52,686 nt of DNA from Piromyces finnis finn (Eukaryota; Fungi; Neocallimastigomycota): positions 1 to 52,686 of the forward strand of contig MCFH01000107.1 in the NCBI GenBank assembly GCA_002104945.1, written 5' to 3'. The notes under the pieces are model-generated. The model saw nothing but the letters and a program-made list of their open reading frames with translations. It did no database searches and was not told where the DNA came from. Position numbers and translations under genes: made by a program. This document shows positions 40,485-50,630 of the stretch, piece after piece. How positions within the stretch are numbered: position 1 is the first letter of the stretch; the number at the start of each line of letters is the position of its first letter.

Positions 40485-40718
40485 ATAAATTTTATATTAT
40501 TTTATACTTTATCAATTTATCAATTATTTATATATTCAATTCTTTTCATTTTTAATTTTATAAATATTATTAATATTATTATATTATTAAAGTTCAAAAC
40601 ACATATATATATATATAATATATAAATTCCAATTATTTTCTTTATTATCATTTATTTCAAATTAAATTATTCTTTTATTTTAATTATTTTACCTTATAAG
40701 AAATTTATATATACAAAA

Positions 40719-41942
40719 ATGAAGATCAGTGAAATCACTAAAATGCTACCTAGAATTGGTAGTCAAGATAGGGATATCGAAAGCTGGGCTGAAGAATTCA
40801 GCAGAGTTATGGACCTATCTGACATCAATGATCCCAAAAAGATATTCGCTTGGGCAAAGGAATGTGTCCAAGGTAGATTAAAAGGAATCATTGATGACTT
40901 AAAAACAGAAAGTGATACTGGAACAAATTATCCTAGTATCGAAGATATTAAAGAGGCTATTGAAGAATACTTAGAAATCACGCCTCAAGAAAAATGCTTC
41001 AATGTTAAGTCTCTAAAAATTAGAAGAGGAGAAAGTATTAAGGATTTCAACTGGAGATACGGAAACTTATATAAAAATCTTAATGTTGGATCCCAACTAT
41101 TCGTTACTGTTAAGGATTATACTAATTCCATTATTTCTCGTCCTTTTATCAGAACTCAAGTAATCACTGCCCAACCTAAAGATATAGAAGCCGCTTTTAA
41201 GGTTGCCGAATTAGCTGAATCAGCAACTGAAGTTCCTCAGTATCATAATGTAAATATGTTTACTGATAACCAACCTTACTTTGATCCATATCAAAACCAA
41301 AATTATAATCTATTTACTCAACATAGTGGTGGAACTAATTATAATTATTTTAATAATAATGATAGTCCATATACTTATAATGGATACTACAATAATAACT
41401 ATAATAATAATTATGATAATAATAATAATTATAATAATTATAATAGGCGATTCAATGGAAACTATAATATGAGAAATCAACGTTTTAATAAGAGAAATAA
41501 TTACAGAAATAATTACCCAAATAATTTCAATACTAATAATAATAGTTATAGTAACAATTATAATAATAATTATAACAATAATTATAACAACTATCAAGGT
41601 GATCAAAATGCATATAATAATGGTTATAGTAAATACCCTTATAATTCTAGTACATTTAATAACAATAATTATTCCAATATGGAAGAAAATAAATCATATC
41701 AAAATTCCACTAATTATTCTAATAATGTTAATGCTAATAAAATGAATACTACTACTAATAAAGTTAATCAAACTACATCTCAAAGTCAAGTGAATATGTT
41801 TAACCAGTCTCAAAGAAATAAATGTTTTAGATGTCAACAAGTAGGCCACAAAATGCAAGATTGCAAATATACATTCCAAGAACTTGCAGAAATGGAAAAA
41901 CAAGGCCTTATAAACTCTAATCAAAATCATTTAAACTTATGA
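40719..41942 (+). CDS. gag: Gag with C-terminal CCHC zinc knuckle
   Basis: 407 aa; capsid-like N-terminal half; Asn/Tyr-rich linker; CFRCQQVGHKMQDC. Confidence 0.9.
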   Translation: MKISEITKMLPRIGSQDRDIESWAEEFSRVMDLSDINDPKKIFAWAKECVQGRLKGIIDDLKTESDTGTNYPSIEDIKEAIEEYLEITPQEKCFNVKSLKIRRGESIKDFNWRYGNLYKNLNVGSQLFVTVKDYTNSIISRPFIRTQVITAQPKDIEAAFKVAELAESATEVPQYHNVNMFTDNQPYFDPYQNQNYNLFTQHSGGTNYNYFNNNDSPYTYNGYYNNNYNNNYDNNNNYNNYNRRFNGNYNMRNQRFNKRNNYRNNYPNNFNTNNNSYSNNYNNNYNNNYNNYQGDQNAYNNGYSKYPYNSSTFNNNNYSNMEENKSYQNSTNYSNNVNANKMNTTTNKVNQTTSQSQVNMFNQSQRNKCFRCQQVGHKMQDCKYTFQELAEMEKQGLINSNQNHLNL

Positions 41943-41964
41943 GTGGGAGAAGGAATACTCCCAT
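41930..41964 (+). promoter_or_regulatory. -1 programmed ribosomal frameshift signal (repeated at 50618-50652)
   Basis: Slippery heptamer T TTA AAC in gag frame (41930-41936), 6-nt spacer, then stem GTGGGAG/CTCCCAT (41943-41949/41958-41964). pol lies in the -1 frame. Confidence 0.75.
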
Positions 41965-44900
41965 AAATCAAACCAATACTACTTTTGCTACAATATCAGT
42001 ACCAGTAAATGAAGAAATTACTATTCCAGTAATAAGAAAATCTAAAAAGAATACTGATATTAAACCATATAAAAGAACTACCAAAGAAAAATTAAGTGAC
42101 AATCCACAACCAATTAGAGTTCCAAGTAATGAGACTAGAGAACCATTAAATAATACTTATGAAGATATAATTGAAGTTCCAAATAATGAAGTAGAAATGG
42201 AGACTGTAATTGAAAATGAAAATAATAATAATAATAATAATCTTAATAATAATTATAATAATAATATTAATAATAATATGAGTATGAATAATGACACTAA
42301 TATAAATAATAATGAAAGTAATAAAATAGATAATAACATTAATGATAATAATATTAATAATAACACTAATTCAACAGAAGCATTAAAACAATTAGATCCT
42401 TCATTCATTAATCAACCCACTATAGATAAAGCTAAACGAAATAATAAAAAAGAACGAGAAAAGGAAATAATAGAATTAGCAAAAGAGATTGAACTTCCAA
42501 GTCAAAAAGAAAAAGATGTACCAAATGAAAAAGGTACAAAAAGATTAGTTATATCAGCAGATCAAGAAAAATATAATATAACTAAAGATATAGGAGAAAA
42601 ATTTGCAAATATAACAATAGGTCAACTACTTGAAATTAGTCCTAAATTAAAAACAGAACTTTCAAAAGCATTAAAATTTACTAAAATTATTGAGGATGAA
42701 TCTACAATTCTTTCCACCATAAGAAAAGATAAAGTTGTGAAATCAAAATGCAAAATAGAAGGAATAGAAACTACTGTATATTTGGATTCCTGTTCATCTA
42801 TAAATATGATTACTAGAAAATTCTTATTAGAAAATAATATTCCATTAAAACCAGTTTCAAAAATTAGAGAAACTTTATATCAAGCTTATTCCAATACTAC
42901 TATTGAGTCGCATCTATATGAAATTGAAATTACTATTGGTAATATAACATCTAAAGAAATATTTAGACTTATTGAAAAAGAAGATATATTCCAGGTCTTA
43001 ATTGGTGTAGAAACTTTAGCTAATATGAAATTAATTATGGACTTTTCTGATCATACTTTATATCAGAAAACTGATGATATTCACAAAATTGGATCTTTTG
43101 AAAGTATTAATGAAATGAATCAAACTAACTTAATAGAAGAATTTGATGAAGAAATTAATCAAGATGCATTAATATATTACTTAACTAGTCAGAATGATAA
43201 ATATCAAGATTTAGAAATTAAAACTACTAGTGATTCTAAATTACAACTTATTAATAAAATAGTTGATGAAACACAAAAAGAAGCAAAAGACCAACTGAAG
43301 AATCTTTTAATAACTAATATAGATGTTCTAGCTAATGATACTGATGATTTGGGTAAATCAAAATTATTAGCTCATGAAATTAAATTAAATCAAGATGATC
43401 CTATTAAACAGAAAATGTATCGTATTTCTAATAAAGAACATATGGAAATTCTAAAAGAAGAAATAGGAAAGCTTTTAAAGAATGATTTAATAGAACCATC
43501 ACAATCATCTTGGTCTTCTCCAGTTTTATTAGTACCAAAAAAGAATGGAAAATGGAGGATGTGTGTAGATTATAGAAAATTAAATTCTATAACAATAAAA
43601 GATTCATATCCACTTCCATATATTGAAGAAATATTATTTTCTATTGGTAATAATGTAAAATATTTATCTACATTGGATTTATTCTCTGGTTTTCATCAAA
43701 TACCAATGAAGAAAGAAGATATTGATAAAACATGTTTTACAACAATATTTGGAAATTATAATTACAAAGTAATGCCTTTTGGTTTATGTAATGCTCCAGC
43801 AACCTTTCAAAGAGAAATGAACCGTATATTTCTACCACTTATTGGAAAATGTTTATTTGTTTATATGGATGACCTTTTAGTATTTTCTCCAAGTCTTGAA
43901 CAACATATATTAGATCTTCAAAAGGTTTTTAATATAATAAAAGAAAATGGTATAAAAGCAAATCTTTCAAAATGTCATTTCTTAAAACAAGAAGTAGAGG
44001 TCCTTGGTCATATTCTATCAGTAGAAGGTGTCAAACCAGTTGAAAAGAAAATTGAAACTATTAAAAATTGGAAGTCACCAACAAACCTTACACAGCTAAG
44101 ATCATTTTTAGGAGCTATAGGATATTACAGGAAGTTTATAAAAGATTTTGCCCAAATTGCTCATCCATTATTTAAATTATTAAAAAAGGGTATGAAATTT
44201 GAATGGACATCTGAAACTGAACAAAGTTTCCAAATACTAAAAGAAAGACTGATTAAGTCTCCTATTTTAAAATATCCTGACTATGATAAATATTTTATTA
44301 TAAGAACTGATGCATCACTTAATGGTATTGGTGGTGTATTACTTCAAAAAGATGAAAATAATGTTGAACATCCAATTCATTATGTTAGTAGGTCTTTAAA
44401 TGATAGTGAAATTAATTATAGTATAACTGACTTAGAAGGAACCGCAGCTTTTTATTGTTGTAAGAAATTTAAATCTTATATAAGTGGGAATAAAGAAGAA
44501 ACGATATTATATACTGACCATAAACCTTTAGTTGGCTTATTTAATAATAAAGAACCAAATAATGCTCGTCAAACACGCTGGGTTACTACACTTAGTATGC
44601 TCAAGGTAAAAGTCAAATATGAACAAGGAAAGAAAAATGTAGTCGCTGATGCATTATCTAGACTAATACCAGACAATAAAAATGATATAAAAATTTCACT
44701 AGCTACCTTTAATAATAATGATGGTGAAACTACTAAAAATAATATTTTAAATTCAAATAAAGATTTTTACTCTAAAAATAATGAAAATATAGTTTATTCT
44801 TGTAATTTTAATAATTCATGTATTAATGATAATGAAATAAATAAAAATAACAATATTAATCCTTATATTGATAAAAATATTGACCTTAATAAAAATTCTT

Positions 44901-46651
44901 GTGTTAATGAAAGTGTAAATTCAATTAAATATTCTAAACTTAATAATGTTGATTTAAATAATTATATCTCTACTAATAATAATTCACATGGGAGTAAAAA
45001 TATAAATATAAATTTTAAAAATGATATTGATAAAAGCAAGAATAATAATTATTTTAAAAATAATGAAATAAATGAATTATCTGAATATAATAATGATATT
45101 GTTTATAATGAAGTAATGAATAGTGATATCAATGACTTAAATAACACTTGCTACTTAAATAATAAAATAGATATAAATAAAAATGATTTTCCTAAATTAA
45201 ATGAAAATACTACAACTAACTATTATAATTCTAACATCCACAATAATAATAATCTTAATAAAATTCATTCATTTGAACCATCTAATATTTTTAATATTGA
45301 TAAAAATAATTATTTTAATATAGAAAATAAAATAAAAATATCCTCCGTTTCATTTGAAAATGAAAAAGAAGAAGTATTAGATAATGATACTGACTTAGAA
45401 GCTGTACTTGTAACTGAAGTAACTGATACATCTATTGGTACCACCAGTGAAAATAATTCTAATGAATATCCAGGAAGTAATAAAATTAAAGACTTTCTTA
45501 AAAAGAAAATTATCTTAATAAATGGAATAAAGTACTATAAAGATGGTGACAATATCAGAAAAGTTGTCGAAGATAAAGAAGAGAAAATAGAATTACTATT
45601 AGCTGCACATTCAATAGGTCATGAAGGATTTTATAAAACTTATAACCGATTAAAGAAAAATTATTATTGGAAAAATATGTCTAAAGATGTAGAACTACTT
45701 GTAAAAACTTGCCATGATTGTCAATTAAAGAGACCTCAACCTATTAATAGTGGTACTGAATCATTTGCTACAAAACCAGGTCTACCATTCACTAGAGTTG
45801 GTTTAGATATTATTGGACCACTACCAATAACTAAAAATAATAATAAATATATAATAGTACTTGTAGACTATTTTACCAAATGGGTTGAAGCTGAACCACT
45901 AAAGTCAATTGAATCTACGGATGTTATAAAATTTCTTACAAATGTATTTTCTAGACATGGTACTCCGGAAATATTAATTACTGATAATGGTCCACAATTT
46001 ACTTCTGATGCTACTAAAGGCTTCCTTGATTTATATGGTATATATGTTCAATATTCTAGCACTTATCATCCAGAAACAAATGGGCAAGTAGAAAATCGTA
46101 ACAGAGAAATTGTTAAAAATATTCGACTACTAGGAAACTCAAATAAAGAATGGGACGAAGTTCTACCATCTGCTCTATGGGCTCTACGTACTTGTAAAAA
46201 TGAAGTAACAAAATTTTCTAGTTTTGAATTATTATATGGTCGTACTGACCTTCAACCATTTGAACTTATGATAGAATATAATAATAAAAATGAATACGAA
46301 ACTCCAGAAGAATATTTAATAAATAAATTTACTACACATTGGGAATGGATTATTGAAGTTACCAAAAATATTCAGAATGCTAATAAATTATGGGAAAATA
46401 GAAGAAAACAAAAAGCTTCAATGAATACTGCATTCTCAGCTGGTGATTTAGTACTTGTTAGAAATTTTTCAAGAAGAAAGTTAGATCCATTTTTCATGGG
46501 ACCTTTCCGTATTATTAAAATGGAATTTAATACTGCTACATTATGTGACCCTATTAGTGGTGCAATAGCTGAAAGAAATGTTCATCAAAAGAATTTAGTT
46601 CATTATCATACTTGGCACAATGAGACTTCCAGGGACGAAGTCCAAACTTAA
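41939..46651 (+). CDS. pol: Pol polyprotein: protease, RT, RNase H, integrase (no chromodomain)
   Basis: LDSCSSINMI (PR), YMDD (RT), TDAS...DHKPL (RH), HHCC zinc finger, DIIG/TDNG/ENRNRE (DDE), GPF motif. The stop codon abuts the PPT. Confidence 0.95.
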   Translation: MSGRRNTPINQTNTTFATISVPVNEEITIPVIRKSKKNTDIKPYKRTTKEKLSDNPQPIRVPSNETREPLNNTYEDIIEVPNNEVEMETVIENENNNNNNNLNNNYNNNINNNMSMNNDTNINNNESNKIDNNINDNNINNNTNSTEALKQLDPSFINQPTIDKAKRNNKKEREKEIIELAKEIELPSQKEKDVPNEKGTKRLVISADQEKYNITKDIGEKFANITIGQLLEISPKLKTELSKALKFTKIIEDESTILSTIRKDKVVKSKCKIEGIETTVYLDSCSSINMITRKFLLENNIPLKPVSKIRETLYQAYSNTTIESHLYEIEITIGNITSKEIFRLIEKEDIFQVLIGVETLANMKLIMDFSDHTLYQKTDDIHKIGSFESINEMNQTNLIEEFDEEINQDALIYYLTSQNDKYQDLEIKTTSDSKLQLINKIVDETQKEAKDQLKNLLITNIDVLANDTDDLGKSKLLAHEIKLNQDDPIKQKMYRISNKEHMEILKEEIGKLLKNDLIEPSQSSWSSPVLLVPKKNGKWRMCVDYRKLNSITIKDSYPLPYIEEILFSIGNNVKYLSTLDLFSGFHQIPMKKEDIDKTCFTTIFGNYNYKVMPFGLCNAPATFQREMNRIFLPLIGKCLFVYMDDLLVFSPSLEQHILDLQKVFNIIKENGIKANLSKCHFLKQEVEVLGHILSVEGVKPVEKKIETIKNWKSPTNLTQLRSFLGAIGYYRKFIKDFAQIAHPLFKLLKKGMKFEWTSETEQSFQILKERLIKSPILKYPDYDKYFIIRTDASLNGIGGVLLQKDENNVEHPIHYVSRSLNDSEINYSITDLEGTAAFYCCKKFKSYISGNKEETILYTDHKPLVGLFNNKEPNNARQTRWVTTLSMLKVKVKYEQGKKNVVADALSRLIPDNKNDIKISLATFNNNDGETTKNNILNSNKDFYSKNNENIVYSCNFNNSCINDNEINKNNNINPYIDKNIDLNKNSCVNESVNSIKYSKLNNVDLNNYISTNNNSHGSKNININFKNDIDKSKNNNYFKNNEINELSEYNNDIVYNEVMNSDINDLNNTCYLNNKIDINKNDFPKLNENTTTNYYNSNIHNNNNLNKIHSFEPSNIFNIDKNNYFNIENKIKISSVSFENEKEEVLDNDTDLEAVLVTEVTDTSIGTTSENNSNEYPGSNKIKDFLKKKIILINGIKYYKDGDNIRKVVEDKEEKIELLLAAHSIGHEGFYKTYNRLKKNYYWKNMSKDVELLVKTCHDCQLKRPQPINSGTESFATKPGLPFTRVGLDIIGPLPITKNNNKYIIVLVDYFTKWVEAEPLKSIESTDVIKFLTNVFSRHGTPEILITDNGPQFTSDATKGFLDLYGIYVQYSSTYHPETNGQVENRNREIVKNIRLLGNSNKEWDEVLPSALWALRTCKNEVTKFSSFELLYGRTDLQPFELMIEYNNKNEYETPEEYLINKFTTHWEWIIEVTKNIQNANKLWENRRKQKASMNTAFSAGDLVLVRNFSRRKLDPFFMGPFRIIKMEFNTATLCDPISGAIAERNVHQKNLVHYHTWHNETSRDEVQT

Positions 46652-46660
46652 GTGGGGGGA
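46650..46660 (+). promoter_or_regulatory. Polypurine tract
   Basis: aagtgggggga, 3 nt before the LTR start at 46664. Confidence 0.85.
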
Positions 46661-46663
46661 TCT

Positions 46664-47738
46664 TGATACGCTACTCACATAAAAACGTAATAAAAACTAG
46701 CCGAATAAACACGACTTAACCCATAGCGACTTATAATAAAAATAAAAGATAATAACCCTTAAAAATGAATAAATAATAATTTTATGGAAATATAACCCTT
46801 TCTTTTAAATAAATAATATTCTCTTTATTAAATAATAAATTATGAATAAAAACGACTTAATAGAGATAATAATAAAATAAATTATTAAATAAAATAAAAC
46901 GACTCAATCCAAAAATGTATTAAAATAATAAAATAATAATAAGTAAATAAAAATGAATAAATAAACTAAAAAAATAAAATGATATACATTAAATTATTAA
47001 TTCTAGTGTTTTATCCAAGTGTTCTTTAGAAATTCTTTCAAACTTATATATATAAATTAACAAATAAATAACTGAGTAATTATTACTAAAAGTGATTAAT
47101 TTAAAGCCTGGAAATAGAACAATAATAACAATTTCAAAGATAAAATACAGAACTCTTTTATGTTTCTGTATAAAATGAGTGTTTATAATAATTGATACTT
47201 TTAATATTTTAATTTCATTTTAATTTTATTTTAATATTATTTTAATTTTAAATTTTAATTATTTTATTCAAGGTATTATACATTTAATGATAGTCAATGA
47301 TAATTTATAATAATTTTTCTAAATTTAAACATTTTGAAGTAATAAGAAAATCAAATAAGTAATATTCTATAATATTTTATAATACTAAGACATAATTTTA
47401 ATTTATTCTTTTAATTTTAATAAATAATAACAATAGTAATAATAACATTTAATAGTTAAAAATAATAATACATGTAATAAATGAAAATGTATAAAAGGAA
47501 GATAAAATTCTTCTTTATAAAGGGGGACAATAAATAGACAATAAATAAATTATAAATATAATAAAGAGATAATTTAAACATAATAAAAAGAGTTTATTTT
47601 CGAGTTTTTGAGTGATTTATTTGTTAATTATAAAACATATTTTATTTTATTTTAAATTTATTGTTTCATCATAAATATTAGAATTTATTATTTATTAAAA
47701 ATATTATATTATTCAAAAATATATCGGTCAACGCATCA
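46664..47738 (+). repeat. Uninterrupted 1075-bp LTR shared between tandem copies 1 and 2
   Basis: Preceded by the PPT and followed by a PBS; matches 35232-35282 + 36966-36976 + 38015-39050. Confidence 0.95.
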
Positions 47739-47878
47739 TAAAATTTTGGTGGAGAATCCGGGCGTGACCAAAGATATGAAAAAGAATAATATTAATAATA
47801 ATACTAATAAATTCTAAGATATTAAGCGTTTATAAAAAAACAGTTTACACTTAATTTAATTTTATTATATATTCTTCT

Positions 47879-47910
<32 letters not shown>

Positions 47911-49133
47911 AAAAAAAAAATTTAATTATATATATAAAAGGAAATATATATAATTTTAAAATTATAAAAATTTTAATATTTCTAAAAAGGGTATTTAAGA
48001 AATTAAAGATTAAGTGATTAATAGTTAGTCATATACGTTACACAAGGAAGAAAATTTCTATAATTCCTATAATCGTTTCCGTTCTTATTATTAATAAGGA
48101 TAACTTAATCCATTCAGTTAGTTTGTTATATTTCTGATCTATCCAGGGGATCAGTGTGATAGTAAAAACTAGGAAAAAAGTTAATCCTTCTCAGCAGTTA
48201 ATAATAAGATCATAATTTGAATTAAATATACAATTTTTATTTCTTAATTAAGAGAATAAATTAATTCACCAGTGCTTATTTGTAGAGGCGGCTGTTGAAT
48301 GAAAAACTTCTTAGCTTAAGGCTACCTACATATTAAGCGAATAATTTATTTCAATATTCTTAATTATTGACTAAAAATTTTTTAATTTAAATTATAACAA
48401 AAAAAAAAAATAGTAAGTATATATTGGTTGTTGTTATATAATAGACTGAGTTCGAAATATAGCAATAATTAAAGCAATTATTATTTAGAGAGTAAGGCGG
48501 GTACACACTCAGCAAGAGGGAGTAGGTATACTAGACAGCCTTTATTTGATTCTCAAGTAAGAGAGTAGCAAGTTCGGCTGAAAATCCTGAGTAAGGAGCA
48601 GAACTTTGGAAGTGAAAATTTATCATTTAAAGGTGGGGGTTTAGTAGGGATCCGAAAGTCTTTATAGTCACTGTGCCTCGGGTGCCTAAAAATAAATAAA
48701 TAATTGTAACAATATATATAAACTATTATAATTAAATTAAATAAAAAAAATATACATATTCTTATAAATTCCTAATTGCAAAAAAAAAAAAAAAAAAAAA
48801 AAAAAATTATTCTTTCATTCTTCCTTGATCATTTAAAATTGAGAGTTAATAAATTGCATTTAAATTTATAATTAGATATTATTCCGTAAAGCTTCTATTA
48901 TTCCTGACTAATAATAATAATATAATATACTTTCTATAAAATACTTCTCCGATCTGATCTCATTCAATATTAAATTTCATTATTTATATAATTTTTATAA
49001 TTTATATAATCCATATAATATATATAATTTATACAATATATATATAGATTTCTGTTGTATTACTTATTTTTTATTCTTTTATTTTTCTTTAATATACTTC
49101 TCAATTTCTAAATAATTTTCTTTAATTTTTTTT

Positions 49134-49172
<39 letters not shown>

Positions 49173-49406
49173 ATAAATTTTATATTATTTTATACTTTAT
49201 CAATTTATCAATTATTTATATATTCAATTCTTTTCATTTTTAATTTTATAAATATTATTAATATTATTATATTATTAAAGTTCAAAACACATATATATAT
49301 ATATAATATATAAATTCCAATTATTTTCTTTATTATCATTTATTTCAAATTAAATTATTCTTTTATTTTAATTATTTTACCTTATAAGAAATTTATATAT
49401 ACAAAA

Positions 49407-50630
49407 ATGAAGATCAGTGAAATCACTAAAATGCTACCTAGAATTGGTAGTCAAGATAGGGATATCGAAAGCTGGGCTGAAGAATTCAGCAGAGTTATGG
49501 ACCTATCTGACATCAATGATCCCAAAAAGATATTCGCTTGGGCAAAGGAATGTGTCCAAGGTAGATTAAAAGGAATCATTGATGACTTAAAAACAGAAAG
49601 TGATACTGGAACAAATTATCCTAGTATCGAAGATATTAAAGAGGCTATTGAAGAATACTTAGAAATCACGCCTCAAGAAAAATGCTTCAATGTTAAGTCT
49701 CTAAAAATTAGAAGAGGAGAAAGTATTAAGGATTTCAACTGGAGATACGGAAACTTATATAAAAATCTTAATGTTGGATCCCAACTATTCGTTACTGTTA
49801 AGGATTATACTAATTCCATTATTTCTCGTCCTTTTATCAGAACTCAAGTAATCACTGCCCAACCTAAAGATATAGAAGCCGCTTTTAAGGTTGCCGAATT
49901 AGCTGAATCAGCAACTGAAGTTCCTCAGTATCATAATGTAAATATGTTTACTGATAACCAACCTTACTTTGATCCATATCAAAACCAAAATTATAATCTA
50001 TTTACTCAACATAGTGGTGGAACTAATTATAATTATTTTAATAATAATGATAGTCCATATACTTATAATGGATACTACAATAATAACTATAATAATAATT
50101 ATGATAATAATAATAATTATAATAATTATAATATGCGATTCAATGGAAACTATAATATGAGAAATCAACGTTTTAATAAGAGAAATAATTACAGAAATAA
50201 TTACCCAAATAATTTCAATACTAATAATAATAGTTATAGTAACAATTATAATAATAATTATAACAATAATTATAACAACTATCAAGGTGATCAAAATGCA
50301 TATAATAATGGTTATAGTAAATACCCTTATAATTCTAGTACATTTAATAACAATAATTATTCCAATATGGAAGAAAATAAATCATATCAAAATTCCACTA
50401 ATTATTCTAATAATGTTAATGCTAATAAAATGAATACTACTACTAATAAAGTTAATCAAACTACATCTCAAAGTCAAGTGAATATGTTTAACCAGTCTCA
50501 AAGAAATAAATGTTTTAGATGTCAACAAGTAGGCCACAAAATGCAAGATTGCAAATATACATTCCAAGAACTTGCAGAAATGGAAAAACAAGGCCTTATA
50601 AACTCTAATCAAAATCATTTAAACTTATGA
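49407..50630 (+). CDS. gag: Gag, copy 2
   Basis: 407 aa; differs from copy 1 at one visible residue (NYNRRF vs NYNMRF). Confidence 0.9.
   Translation: MKISEITKMLPRIGSQDRDIESWAEEFSRVMDLSDINDPKKIFAWAKECVQGRLKGIIDDLKTESDTGTNYPSIEDIKEAIEEYLEITPQEKCFNVKSLKIRRGESIKDFNWRYGNLYKNLNVGSQLFVTVKDYTNSIISRPFIRTQVITAQPKDIEAAFKVAELAESATEVPQYHNVNMFTDNQPYFDPYQNQNYNLFTQHSGGTNYNYFNNNDSPYTYNGYYNNNYNNNYDNNNNYNNYNMRFNGNYNMRNQRFNKRNNYRNNYPNNFNTNNNSYSNNYNNNYNNNYNNYQGDQNAYNNGYSKYPYNSSTFNNNNYSNMEENKSYQNSTNYSNNVNANKMNTTTNKVNQTTSQSQVNMFNQSQRNKCFRCQQVGHKMQDCKYTFQELAEMEKQGLINSNQNHLNL

Larger units (their letters stand above)
35232..47738 (+). mobile_element. Ty3/gypsy LTR retrotransposon, copy 1 (intact gag and pol); 5' LTR 35232-39050 interrupted by two nested insertions; 3' LTR 46664-47738
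   Basis: LTRs are TGATACG...CGCATCA; PBS, gag, PR-RT-RH-IN order and PPT are all present. The element begins 12 nt upstream of tRNA-Pro #2. Confidence 0.95.

Noticed and set aside
46440-46651. Chromodomain at the integrase C-terminus
   Set aside because: The ORF ends about 45 aa after the GPF motif, with no aromatic-cage pattern.
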